From assembly GCF_016433145.1 (NCBI RefSeq), contig NC_058130.1:709154046-709218045 (forward strand): 64,000 nt of DNA, in the 5' to 3' direction. Below the pieces are notes generated by a model, which made no database searches, was not told the DNA's origin, and saw only the letters and a list, made by a program, of their open reading frames with translations. Position numbers and translations under genes: made by a program. This document shows positions 12,831-26,379 of this stretch, one piece after another (the stretch's first letter is position 1; every line of letters begins with the position of its first letter). Source of the DNA: Gracilinanus agilis (lineage: Eukaryota).

Positions 12831-15800
12831 TTATGGAAAGACCTGAATAAGAGTACATAAGAGGGAGAGGCTTGAAAGGCTTTGAGCCCACCCCATGAGA
12901 TTTGAGATCTATTGAAAGTCATGAAGCTGTTTTTCTGTACTTGTTTTTACAAACTTATTCCAGGTTTAAATGGGAATTTCCTTTGTTTTAAGGTTCTTAC
13001 TATGAAGAAACCCTTTTTGAAAGACTGTTCCCATATTCCACTATGTTGTTAAGTAGAATTTCTATCTAATGGACAATATCTGTAGTCACTTCTTTTCTGG
13101 TGGAACTTGGAGAAGGACTGCCTCAATGATAATGATATCAGGGAGAGGGTCAAATTCAGGAAGCCTTTAACAACCATTATGTTGGTTGTTGGTTCCTAAA
13201 GATATTTCTTGTTGTGGTGAACTGAGATCTGACTGGAGGGAAGGGTATAAAGTCCAGGTCAGAGGTGAAGACAAATATTTCTCTTATAGAATTAACAGTC
13301 AAAAATTACCTTTAGTGAATGCAGGCCTTGACTTGAAAAATCTATATCCACTTTGCCATACTGCCTGTGGAAATATTTTCTATGCCCAAACCATCCTATA
13401 ACTTCTTACCTTTTTCTCTCTCTTCCCTCCAAACCATTGTCCATGGAATAAAGTCCCTACTTTTTAACTTGGCTCTCCACAGACTTGCCCTACCTATCTG
13501 CCCTTTCTGCTGTTTTCCTGCTCTGACACTGGTCCACCAGACTGGCAGCACTCTTACCAGCTTTGGACATATTCTGCTTCTGTATATTTGCTAATGCCAG
13601 TTTTTCAAAAGATATGTGTAACGTACGTATGTTAGGTAGGCACTATATAAATGTTTATTCCCTTCCCTTTCCTTCCCTCTTTTTTCTTGGAACATCATCT
13701 TCTCTATGTGTATCCTTTCCATGCAGCCTTTAGGACTCGGCTCAAGTCCCAAATCTTCTGTGAAGCTTCCCCTTGATTATCCACTTGCCCCCTCAGAATT
13801 TCTGTAACACACTATATATTTTGAACTCTATTTGTATGTGGGAGTCCTTTTCCCCCAACTAAATTTTAAGTTCTTTGAAGGAAAGAGACTGACACTACTT
13901 TGTATCCATCAATCATAGGTTTCAAGGAATTTAGAGCTGGGAGGAACCTTAGAAATCATCTCATTTCATTCACTAAATTTTTAGCAAGTGTCTACTATGT
14001 ATCCCCTTCTCTCTGAACAAGTTGCTGAATATATAATTGGGTACTCAGTTCTGTGCTGACCAGCGCTTCCTGTCAGCTCCTTTCTTTGCTATCCTTTTGA
14101 TTAAAGCCAATATTTCCATTTTCTGGCCTTTAGGCAGGCTAGTGTAGGTTCCTGCCTGGGTTAGACTTCTAATTGTCCACCCCTTGGGTAAGCAATAGGT
14201 ATTGGGCATCTCGTTAGTATTATTAGTAGCAATGTATTTGGTGTGGCTAGCACCAAATATATATGCTTCAAAAGAAAAGACTAGTATATGTGTTGGTGTC
14301 TGTCCAGGAAAGAAAAGGAATTCTTATAAATAATGTTCTGCTTTGCAGGAAAAGATGGGATCCAGTTCCCTAGAGATTACAAACATTGTAAACCAATTTA
14401 CAATGTGGCACTTGTCCCAAGATAGATATTGCCTTCTTTCTGGGCAGGAGGATCCTTAGGGAGTATATATACCTTCCATGGTCCTTCAATACTCCACAGT
14501 AGGTTGGTAGAATTCAGCCTTTTTTTAATGTGGTCACCACTGTGCTACAGTTGCAAGCCTTTTGCCTTCTTCTTAAAACTGATTTTTGCATCAGTAGTTG
14601 CCCCATGGTTTGAGAGTTAGTTATCAACCTTTATAGGCTCAGACCAATCTCAAGGAAAAGAAATATATTTTTACCAAGCTTTGCAGAAGAAATCTTTATT
14701 AGCCTGGGTGTCCTAATTTTTGGTTCATAAAATACGGTTACTCTAATTATATTTAAGTTTCTGTGATGCTGACTGTACAGTAGAGATCTAGTATCCTCCA
14801 CTCAAAGGGGAGAAAACTAGAGATTATTGCCCTGGGAGTTGCCTTTGATAGCCTGGGACATTGAGGTAATTCTGCCAAGGGCTGATAGCAATGGGACTTG
14901 CCTCTTGGGGAAAAGAGTTCTCTCTCCCTTAGTTTTCTGCCAGCCATGGCTTGGCTGTTATCTTCATGTATGTCCTTTCTCATCAAATATATGAAGGTGC
15001 CACAAATACATGAACCCTTACCTCTCTGTAGACCAGTTGCCCTGAAAATATGTGAGAAAATTGAGGAGGTCATGACTTCTGGGCTTTTGCAGTAGGACAA
15101 GGGGAAGGGTTCTGGGTAGAAAAGTTTACTTGAATTAATTTATAAAAATGCTCCAGGGTCCAGTTATGATTGATGTTTGGGACTCTTCTCAGGCTGATTC
15201 ATATTCAGAGCATCATATTTTTCCTCCACAATCCCACTTTTGCCTTTCGAAAATCTGGACTATTGATAGGAGACCAAGTGAGACAGATTAAAATGTAGGC
15301 TTTTTGAGGTCTAAGAACAACTGTGGCTTCTGGGTATTTTCTGGTGTGTTCCCTGAGAGTATGCCATTGGGTCCTTAGGCAACTAAGAAGACCAGGGTAG
15401 CTCTATATCTCAGGAGAAGTACCTCATTTAGAGCTGCTTTGGAGCCTTATCCATCCATGGACTTTCAGTGGCACAGAGGCTAGTATTGCTAACTGTTTAA
15501 TTGCTTCTATGATAAAAAGAAAATCCTTAATAAAAAAAAAAAAAGACCTCCCCTTTGGGAAATCTAAGAGTGTGGTTACTGGGAATATGGGGAGGGGTGG
15601 GTTGGACTGGAAGAACCTCCCTGGCATATGATGTGATATGGAATTGGGATCTAATGGTGTGTTATAGTGGTTTGAGGGATTGGTGGGGGAGGGGATTAGG
15701 AGGACTTCTTTTTCTCTTGAATTATTCGTCAAGCTTTCTGTTCATTCAGTGTCTCTGGAACCCCCAGCACATCTGCCATCCCTTTTATCGCTGACAAAGA

Positions 15801-17008
15801 AGTAGGGGGCCCAGCCTGACAGCCTGATTACCATGGATGGGAAAAATTTGCATTTAATAGCTTTCCTTGCCAGCACCTTGTTGCCTAGAAGCTGGGAGAC
15901 GTGGCTTGGTGATTGAATTGTGTGCTTTACAAAAAAAATTTAACTAGGTTTTTATTTTTTCTTTTTGATCATTTTTCTAATTCAAATTTAAAACAATATT
16001 CCGGTTTCCTTTCCCTAAGTCTAAGCCAAAAGGTTTCTGAAACTCTTGCTGTATTTAGCCCTGTTTCGTAGCTTTTGACTTCAATTTGATTTTTCTTCCT
16101 TAGATTCTTTCTTTTCTGAGCCAGGCATTTTTAGAAGATACCTCCTGCTGAGCTCCCTCCTCTGCTGGACTCTGACCTCCTGAAATATCTAGCTGATTTA
16201 TTAAATTTTGGTTTCAGAAATGCCGATTGAGCTATTGTTCTTCTCTACCTTGAGTTGATTTGTATTACTTACAAGTCTGAAGGACAGAATCCCAGGTGGA
16301 AGTGAATGGGAAGGTCATCCAGGCCAATATCTAATCAAGAATCCCCTCAAAATGAATGAGTGATCATCCTAACCTTTCTTTACCTGAAGAGAAGATCTGC
16401 AACCTGCAGTGCAGAAGAACCCACCCTCTAAACAATTGGGACAGCCCAGCCCACTTAGGGATAGCTTTCATTGTTGGCAAGTTTTTGATTTATGGTTAGC
16501 CAAAATCAACCTCTTTTAAACTTCCACTCATTGCTCTCTGTCCTCTGGAACAGGCAGAACAAATCTAATTGGCCTTCCAGAGAATTCTTCATTTCAAATC
16601 CTTGAAGACAACTATCCTGCCTCCTTCTCTAGCCTAGAACTCCTTCGTTACTTCAGTAAATCCTCATGTGGAATAAATTAGAGTCCTTTTGTTATCCCAC
16701 ATGTCTCTCTGAACAGAGTCACTGTTCAGTGGGCCACTCACTGGAAACCTCCAAATGATATCAAAGCATGATAAGCTAAGCTTCTTAGATCTGACCAGCC
16801 AATCAGAATCCCCTTTAATTGTAAGGGACCTACATCCAACACCTTGTCCTGTTTTCCATAAGAGTAGCTTGAAAGACTATCACTTAGATCAGTCCTTACT
16901 GCTGACCCAGTGATGACTGAACACATTCTGGATTTGTTATATGGAGATATTTCCATCTCTTCTCAGCTTTGCTAGGAGATGGGGATGTATTTTAAATATA
17001 TGTTCAAT

Positions 17009-17185
17009 TCAGGTGTTCTTATACTGGAGTCTATGATATTAAAAAAAAGTTTTGTAGCTACATTTCAGTATAAGTGTTTTCCTTTGTAATCCTAAATATT
17101 TTATGCGTTTAAAAACATTATTCTAAAGAAAGGGTCCGTAATCTTGATAAAGGGGCCTGAGTCATCAAAAAAGGTTAAGAACTCA
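17009..17185. mobile_element. Non-autonomous DNA transposon (hAT-like MITE) copy
   Basis: caggtgttctta...tttaaaaacattattct...aaaaaaggttaagaac; related degenerate copies at about 38088-38285 and 41285-41480. Confidence 0.6.
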
Positions 17186-18850
17186 TCAGTGTCTAAACAG
17201 TGCCTGTGACCCCTATTACTCTTTTTTTAAGGTTCCAATTAAAAAATAATTAGAACTATTACAAACTCATGTTTACTAACTCATCTGGATACTTTCTTGA
17301 AGTCATGAATTTCTGTACAAAGTACCAATTTACCCTATAATATGTTGGTCTAATTTTCTCTTTAATTATGCTAGAAACCTGGATCCTTAGTCAATTCTGG
17401 GGTAGAAATCTATTTTTTTAATTTTAAATTTTGGATTTAACACTGAGAGTGTAGAGCCCGTAGGACCCTTTATTCCTCTGCTCAGGCTGTGGAAGTGTGT
17501 CAATGGTCTTTGTCTTCAGGATGCAGTTTTTCTCACAAATAGTGATAGGCTAGTTTAGAACCTAGGATAGAAATATTCCTTGGGAGGATGCTGTCAAAGA
17601 CTAGACCTGCCTGTAGTTTAAAGTTAGTTACATGTCTTTTTGCGTCATATTGTATGGGTTTATGGAAGGAAAGGGCAGCTGCTATTTAATTTGTAGAATG
17701 CCCAGTCTAGCACCATATATACAGATTCTGACAGATGCTTTTATTTTCCCTTTGTCTTCCCCTAGCCTAGAGTGAGTGTGGGGGGGAAGAGTGGCTGCCA
17801 AGAGCTTCCAGAATTCCTGGCCCCAGGGGCTCAGAAAGATGAATGACAGTGTGAGAATAGTACTTTTGTGGCCAGAAGGGTTTTTATTTTTTAGCCTGGG
17901 TTTAGCCTAGGCCAAGGATCCTGAGCCACCAGAGGCTTCCCCCTTTGTAGGCACTTGGAGCTGCAACAAAAATTATTCCAATTCAGCTCCTGTGATCTCT
18001 GGTTCCCACTCTGACCCATCCATTGAAAAAATTGTCCAAGATTTAGGGAGTCTGTCTTGCCACAAGGATCATTGTTCCTGAATTCAGTAGCACTTTGTCC
18101 CTGACAGGTGCTGCCCCACCTGGGATGTCCTTAGTATTATGGTACCTTGGTGATGTTTGCAAAAAGCCTTTAAATTACAGGGTGGGGTCAAATCTTTGAA
18201 CTGGGGGAAGGTACTGAAGTGAGGGTAGAGGTGATGACTAGGGGATGAGAAGTGGGTTTTGTTTTCCAAGCCTCATAAAAGTAGCTCTAATCATAGGGCT
18301 CAGGATCAAGGTCTCACTAATCCCATCCTCCACTGAGGCTCCAGAGTGTGTGGCATTAGTGAACAACTCCTCCCTCTCCTGGTTACTCTCTTGTACCCAT
18401 CAGCATTAGCTACTTCTGCTAATACTGTCTGCTGGCACCTTCTGGGTAAAGTTGGCTTTTGAAGATGAGTTATTCAAGTCTTCCTGTCTGAAAGTGTAAA
18501 AGAATGGCCTGGGTGGGACATCAGAAAGGAATAGTTTGTGTTTTTGAGTGGTTAGAGGCCTACTATATTGAAGGAAGAAAACTACAGTTACAAACAATTA
18601 AATGATTAGCTAAGCAATAACAGAAGGGAAAGGAATATGGATGTTCCACTTAATCTATAGATGATCACAATTTACTAGACTGCTAGTTTGCTTTTTTTTT
18701 TTTTTTTTAAGAATAAACGCAAAACTAATCAACCCTTAAAAATTGTATTAGCCTGACATTCATGCTGCTTAATCAGTCCTCTTAAAATACTTTTGTTCAT
18801 TCCCTGAATGGCGCAGTTAAAAAGTTTAGAGAACCTGGAAGAGAGTTGTG

Positions 18851-19570
18851 TTCTTTTAATTTTTATTTTTTAGAAAAAATTTTTTCCATGGTTACATGAT
18901 TCATGTTCTTATTCTCTCTTCCACTCCAACCCCCCCCCCCCCCAATCCTCCAATCCCCATAGCCGATGTGCATTTCCACTGGTTTCTTCATGTGTCATTG
19001 ATCAAGACCTATTTCTATATTATTGATAATTGCACTAGGGTGGTTGTTTAAGAGTCTACATCCCAAATCATGTCCACATTGACCCATGTGTTCAAGCAGT
19101 TGTTTTTCTTCTGTGTTTCCACTCCTGTAGTTCTTCCTCTGAATGTGGATAGCATTCTTTTCCATAAATCCCTCAGAATTGTCCTGGATCATTGCATTGT
19201 TGCTAGTAGAGAAGTCCATTACATTCTATTTTACCACAGTGTCAGTCTCTGTGTATAATGTTCTCCTGGTTCTGCTCCTTTCACTCTGCATCAGTTCCTG
19301 GCGATCATTCCAGTTTACATGGAATTCCTCCAGTTTATTATTCCTTTGAGCACACTAGTTTTCCATCACCAACAGATAGCACAATTTGTTCAGCCATTCC
19401 CCAATTGAAGGGCATACCCTCGTTTACCAGTTTTTTTGCCACCACAAAGAACATGGCTATAAATATTTTTGTACATATCTTTTTCCCTATGATCTCTTTG
19501 GAGTACAAACCCAGCAATGGTATGGCTGGATCAAAGGGCAGGCAGTCTTTTAGTGCTCTTTGGACATAGT
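18851..19570 (-). mobile_element. 5'-truncated L1 (ORF2 C-terminus plus 3' UTR)
   Basis: Minus ORF LPFDPAIPLLGLYSKE...CTKIFIAMFFVVAK is the L1 ORF2 C-terminus; A-rich tail; 16-bp TSD at 18835-50 and 19571-86 (one mismatch). Confidence 0.93.
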
Positions 19571-20888
19571 CTGGAAGAGAGTTCTGAAGAAAGAAACAAA
19601 CAAACAATAAACTTGTTGCAAAAGTACGTCTAATGGAAGGGCTTTGGGAAATAAAATTATTTACCCTAGAAAAAAGAACACCAGAAGCAACTTAATAATT
19701 TCCAATTTTATTAAATAAAGGCCTTCTTTGTTCTCTATCTTTACCAAGGATAGAACCAAAAGATTATAACAAAAGAAATTCAAGTTTGGACACTAGAGAG
19801 TAAGGGGCTCTATACAGGATTCTTGATCCTGCCTTTTCCTGATACTTCTTAAATAGGAAAGATAATTTGAAGTGTTCAGGTACAGATCTGCCAGGAAGCA
19901 AGGGGACCAATGTCCTTTTAAGCTTCTTGTGACTTTTAAGATTCTAGAATTCTTGTTCCTTCTCTCCATTCCATAGAGACATCAAGAAGTTCAGTCACAC
20001 CAGACTTTCTGATACTTGAAGTGTTATTTTCTCCAATTGAGAGTAGACCAAATGAACCCAAATAGGAAGGCCTAGTTGGTGCTATTGAGGTATGTGGATT
20101 CTTTGTGAGCCACTGAAAAAAATGCTGCATGCTCCTGAGTCAGGAAATAGTGGTCATAGTGGGAAAAGGATGAAACTCCACCATTTAATAGCCCTGTGAC
20201 CTTAGGCAAGACTCTTAAATAAGGAACCTAATCTAGAAGGCAACTCAACTTTTGTCAAAGACTTGGCATCTTAATGACTTTGGGGAAAGTCATTTTTTCT
20301 CTTAACCCTGATTGGGGAGTATTTTCTTCTGGAAGGTGTCAGCTTGATTTTATTTCCTGATGGCAGGAAACCTAATAAGATGCTTCATATTTGAACTAGA
20401 AGTTTTTTTCCTCTTTAAGTCTGTGATAAATAGCTTTAGTTCTGTTTTATATGACATCTGTAGTATTTTTCCTGCTAGAAAGGTGTGACCCTGAAGATAG
20501 CTTTTTCTTCTTTCTTTCATCCTTCTTCCACCCATCTGGCAAGTATTGCTCCTTCTCAGAGAAAATAAGTTCATAAAAAAAGAGCCTTTCATTTGAATCA
20601 TTTGCTTTAATGATTCCTTTAGACCATTTTTGAACCTTGCTCTTCTTTTCAGCCTTATTCCTATGGACCCTTCTCCTTGAACTACTACATCCTGACTCAG
20701 GAAGTGTGGAAGATGGAAAGGAGTAGTGAGAAACATCACATTCATTCCCTTTGGCCTTCAGTTTTGATGGTAGCATGGTATAGTAGAGGGGTACTACACT
20801 TGGAATCAAATGTCTGGCCTTTCATCCTCTGGCTTCAGCACTGATTAGCGCTGATAAAGGATGGGAGGGAGAAGGAGAGTATATTTAG

Positions 20889-21185
20889 TTAAAAAACCCT
20901 TACCTTCTGTCTTAGAATCATGTGTATTGGTTGCAAGGCAGAACAGCTAGGAAGTGTCTTGAAGTCAGGTTTGAACCAGGACCTACTGTCTCTAGACCTG
21001 GCTCTCAATCCACTGAGCCACCTAGCTGCTTCCTAGGTGACGGAAGAGTGTCACGGGCAAGGCAATCAGGATTAAGTGACTTGCCCAGGGTCATGCAGCC
21101 AGGAGATGTCTATGGTCAGATTTGAACCTAGGTCCTTCCAACTCCAGACCTGGTACTCTATGCACTGTGCTACCTTGCTGCCTTT
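20889..21185 (-). mobile_element. Composite CORE-SINE pair
   Basis: SINE2-like tail and head without the central core, followed by a copy that begins at the core. Confidence 0.8.
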
Positions 21186-23639
21186 AATTTAGGGAATTTA
21201 TGAAGTTCTTACTACAGGCAAGTCACAGGGCTGGGGATATAAACAGAAGAAAAATGAAGACACTGGACTTTTTGTGCCTCAATTTCTTTGTTTGTGAAAT
21301 GACCTCACCCACAGTCTTCCCCTTACCATGTCTCCATAGGAAAACAGAATTCTTGCTTTTCAGACTTGGTGCTCCAGGGAGCTGAAGGGGTTTGGGATAG
21401 ACAAGTTTACTGGGTTGTATACAGTCTCTTTGTGAACAGTGTCCCTGAGAAAAGATGCAGGAGAGAGCTATGGAGACAACTTGCTTCCCAAGCTGGTTTT
21501 GGGAGAAGTGTGAAAGGCATTACCCTATAATCGGAAAAATTTCTCCTCACCTATCAAAATGCACTTTGGTTGTTCCTTCTCCTTAAGCAGATGCCATCCC
21601 CCATTCCCCTCCCCCTTCCTCTGAGCTCTCCTGTCTTCTGCAATTAGATATCTGAAATGGGATGTTTGAATGGCAGGAATTCTTTTTGGTTCCATGTGTT
21701 TGTTAAGCAGTCTCCTGCATAAGCTTGGAGACCTGAGCTTGAGTACAAGAACTATGCATACATGTTAGTGGCAGGTGCTAGAGGCATATTTTCAGTGAAG
21801 TTTGGCGTCGTGCTTTCCACATCATTCTGAGACCTTCCATAGAACCTACAGACCTGTTTTTGTATTGAAGTACCCGAACTCTAGTTTGACTGGTTGAGTA
21901 ACATAATTACTTTGATCAAGTAACATGGTTATCAGCCCCTGAGGGCAATGGGAGAAGGGACAGACTAAATACAGAACAGTCTATAATTGCAACAGCTTAA
22001 CCTTGTGAATTCTTGCTCCAGAATGATTCTCACAGCCCCCTCCCACCAGGCCTTCTTACCTCCTGCCACGTTTTTTGCAGCAGCCACCAAACTTACCTTT
22101 GATCATGATTTGGAGCTACAGAGGTGCCATGGGCATCCTCTGCTTCAACTTCCTTTTGTTATGCTTGGTGGTTGTCTGGCCCCAAGTCATTTAATGTTGT
22201 CTGAGCCACAGCTTTTCTCCTCTCTAAGATGAGGATAATCATCTTTCCTACCTGACTCATGGTGCCCCCAAAGTGCTGAAGTTTAAAACTGCCTTAAGAC
22301 TTTTGGGACAGCCTTTAATTGAAAGTGCTTTGAAAATTATAAAATGTTCTGCAGATGGAAGGCACAGGCCTAACATCATTAGCTGGTTCTGTGTACATGC
22401 TATTAGGACATACAGTGTTACAGGAGACATTCGTTTCATTGGAACAATGTATAATATTTACATTATACATTGTTCCAATTTACACATTTATATGGCCATT
22501 TAGACATTGGCCATCAGACAGATGATGCTACAGTGATTTTTTTGTTACACAGTTTTGTGATTTTGTAGTAGAGTTTGGTTATAATGTAGTAACGATGCTT
22601 TTCAATTTAAATTTATAGCCTTTGTTAAATACCTTCTATGTACCGGGCCCCATACTAGGAAGGAGGGGGGAATACAAGGGCATTTCCCTCAGGAAGCTTA
22701 CACTATTGAGAAGGACATTGGTTGGGGCATGGTGATATTTGAGCCTGGCCCTCTCCAATCTGGTTTCATAGAAACTAGATACATTTGTTACTTGTATTAG
22801 AATGATTGAAATAAGGAGATTTTTAATTTTATGGTTAATATTCAGGTCCTGATCATCCTGGTACCTTAAGTATTTATCATTCAATCAATAAACATTTATT
22901 TAGCACCTTCTAGGTCAGGCACAAATTGCTGAGTATTATTTATTGCATATTTTAGGCATAGAAGTGAACATGACTGAAACCTTGAGTGAAACTAGCCATC
23001 TTGAACTCTAAAAAAATCACTGGTTTTCTTTACCATAGAAAACTTTGATTTTTCACAGTAATGCAGTCGAGTATGGTTATTGGTTGGACCAGAATATTAG
23101 CTCAAGGCCTGGGTGTTTGTTCACCCAGGACTAGCAGAGCTGGCATGACTAGGCATAACTGGATAGTTTTTCTGGTTACTTAGAACCAGCGGAGCTTCCC
23201 CTTCAACTGCAAGAGCACCAAGGCTAACTACCCCCATATTGAGACTGTGAAGATAAGAGTATTGGTTATTGCCTTCTTTTTTTTTCATCATGTTCCTGGT
23301 GAGTTTGGGTACAGTTTGATATCAGGTAACTACTGCTATGGAATGCAGTGGGAGGAGAGAATCCCAGAGTCCTATAGGATCCCACAGATTGCTGAACAGC
23401 AAATTAAAAGTGATGGGCCAACCCATTTCACCTTTGTTTGGGCAGAAGTTAGTAATCAGCTACAAGCAGGTTTCTTTAGCCTGCAATAAGGTATTATCAT
23501 TCATATCCAGCAGTGGGTGGATTGCTGATGCACTGGGATCTTATTCTCTTTGGGTACTCCTCCAGAAAAGAAGGGACATGACTCAGGCTAATTTACCAAA
23601 GGACTTGGAAGGCATTGAGGTGGTGTAGTTTTTAACCTG

Positions 23640-23800
23640 CAGTTAGGCAGCCCTGGATCCAAATTCAACTTCACTTAACTAGTTGTGTCACACTAGGCAA
23701 GTCATTTAACCTCTTTCTGCCTTGGTTTCCTCATCAGTAAAATAGGAATAGGAATAGTGCCTATCTCCCAGGATTGTTATGAGAATCAGTTGTAAAACAC
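23640..23800 (+). mobile_element. MIR/MAR1 CORE-SINE
   Basis: ggcaagtcatttaacctct...gtttcctcatcagtaaaat...ggattgttatgagaatca. Confidence 0.75.
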
Positions 23801-25044
23801 TATTCTCTTGCTTGACTGATATAAACTGCTCTATGCTCCCTCCACTGCCTTTTATCCCCCAGGGGGGTGACAGAGTTGCCTCTCCTTACCTAAGACTGCC
23901 TTTTGAAAGCACCATCTGGTTTGGCCTTCCCCTTGTAGTGGTTCCACTGATACAAATACTGGTCCTTTACATTGGAAGAGGCTGGACATAAATGGCTTTT
24001 CTGATTTGAGATCAGGTGTGAGGAAGAATCTTGAATCTACAGAGCAGAGCCCTTAGCTGCTCTTCCAAACTAGGAGCGGGGTCCCACTAGCTGAAAAGGT
24101 TCAGGAGCTCAGTAATAATGATGTTGAAAGTCTTGTCATTTATCTTATGTGAGGAACCATAGGTGTGAAATACTCCTTCCACAAGTGCATATTGGCAGCA
24201 ACTCAGTAACTTCAGTTTTTGAGAATTTCCCCAGGGCACTAAGAGGATAAGAGACCTGCCTGTGGTCACATAGGCAGTGTGTTTGAGAGACAGGACTTGG
24301 AATATGGAAGGACAGAAGCCCTGGAGTCACGGCTGGCCCTTCACTTCCTACATATCATACTACCCTCTTTTTTTGGTAGTGGATATGAATGTCTGTGCGC
24401 CAGCCTCCTAATAAATCCTAATGATCCACACTTACCTTTGATACACTTTGCCCATAGTCACTGATTTAGTTTTAGAGTCATCCTGTAAAGGACAAGCAGC
24501 TCTCCTCCCAATTCTCATTATTCAGGTGAGGAAATTAAAACACAAAGGGAGAATGGATTTACTCCAAGCTTCACAGTGAACCAAAGTATAAGACCTTCAT
24601 TTCCAGTATCATTGCTCTCGACACTTCACTTGGCACAATGAGAATAAAGTGCAACAATCTATGATGACCAGTTGAGCATCTATTCTGCTTGGCCCAATGG
24701 GTGAAGGAGGCACTGTGGATGATATCCAAGAAATACCAGGGATTTACCATTGGGTAGGTCCCTTACAGGATAGTTGAGAGATAAAGACAACACACATGAA
24801 ACATCTCCCAGAAAGTAGAGGGCCAAAATGTGTGTATTGGGCAGAAGGTGGTCAGGGTAGGCATTTGTGAGCAGTTGCAGCTTGAGCTAGACCTTCCATG
24901 ATGGGCAGGATTTAGGAGAGGGCGGAGGATATTCCAGGGTGGGGAGGTGGGGGGGACTACTGAGGGCAAGCATAGGGAGGCAAGAACCATCAGACTATCA
25001 ACTTTGAATGAGGAGCTAAGTCCGAGACTTTTCTTTCTTTCCAG

Positions 25045-25170
25045 ATGAAGATGTTTGTGTGTTTAAGTGCTCCGTGTCCAGAGAAACAGAATGCAGCCGA
25101 GTTGGAAAGCAGTCCTTCATCATCACCTTGGGATGTAATAGTGTCCTTATACAATTTGCCACACCTAATG
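25045..25170 (+). CDS. CARM1: CARM1/PRMT4 coding exon 2 (exon 1 lies upstream of the window)
   Basis: ttctttccag|AT GAA GAT...CCT AAT G|gtatgt; encodes (H)EDVCVFKCSVSRETECSRVGKQSFIITLGCNSVLIQFATPN, the N-terminal PH-like domain; 126 nt. Confidence 0.98.
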
Positions 25171-25744
25171 GTATGTCCCTCACTGCCTACCCCAGGAAAG
25201 GGCCCAGCTGAGGCAGGAGCAATTCCTTTGCAGACTTTTGTCTCAAGATTTTACTGGATATGGAGAGACTAGCAGAACCCTCTTCCTCTTAGTGCTCTGT
25301 TCTGAGTCCTTTGCCCCGTAGTGTCACTAGTGTCTCACCTTGAAGGGCAGTGACTACCTCTATTAGAGACTTCCACTCCCAAGATAGCCATTTCTTTTTC
25401 TCCATCTGAGTTCTGTTAGGTATTTTGTCAAATATCTCCTATTTTTCTTTCAAAGAAAGAAGAATACAGAGAATGGTTCTGTTTATATACGTAGGTTTTC
25501 ATATATATGGAATTATGAAGATTTTGCCTTTAAATCATATCTGTGGATGTGAAAATTTGTTTATTCTGTGGCCAAGAATTTTCCAAAATCTAATGGATAT
25601 ATTCTTTTTTCACGACTAGTGATCTGTTGGAAGATTTTTTCCTTTCCTTTGCCAGGAACCTTCACATGTTTTGGTCCTTTGACATGCTATTGCCACTTTC
25701 TCTGGTTTGCATTACCATTTCCCAAATTCTGACCTCTTTTTTAA

Positions 25745-25927
<183 letters not shown>

Positions 25928-26379
25928 TGAGTCTTAGGAAGGTAGAAAAGGTTCTGCTTATTTGAAACTAGACCACCGTAAAGGACAGTCATTTAGTCTT
26001 TGGCTATTTCTATGTAGTTCTCCCACTCTGACAGGAATCTTTGATAAGCACTTGGTGCTCCTGAGCTTTTTTTCCCTTCAGTCACAAAATCCTTCCTTGT
26101 GAATTAGAATGGGTTTATGATGGTTTATGATTGTGAATTAGGATGGGCAAAACTTTCAGGAGTTGATAAGCTTAGTCCCAGCAGCTCTAAAACTGCAAAC
26201 TCTTATGTCTGTTTACTCTAATCAGTTTTACAGTAAGATATTTAATCAGGTTTAGGGCTCTAGTTCCTTGTCATAATCCCATATAATTATTCTTGACTCT
26301 TTTGGTATTCTCAGGTTCTCTGAAAGCAGAACCCATGTTATGATAAATCCATTTTCTTTTCAAAAGTATACTGGTTCCA

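Noticed and set aside
15845-15852. Octamer ATTTGCAT as an OCT4/SOX2 enhancer
   Set aside because: About two such 8-mers are expected by chance in 64 kb, and the adjacent SOX half-site is poor
20350-20809. Overlapping 131-aa and 120-aa minus-strand ORFs with KWSKG reminiscent of RPS25
   Set aside because: Similarity is limited to five residues; no poly(A) tail or TSD; Lys-rich composition is explained by the T-rich plus strand
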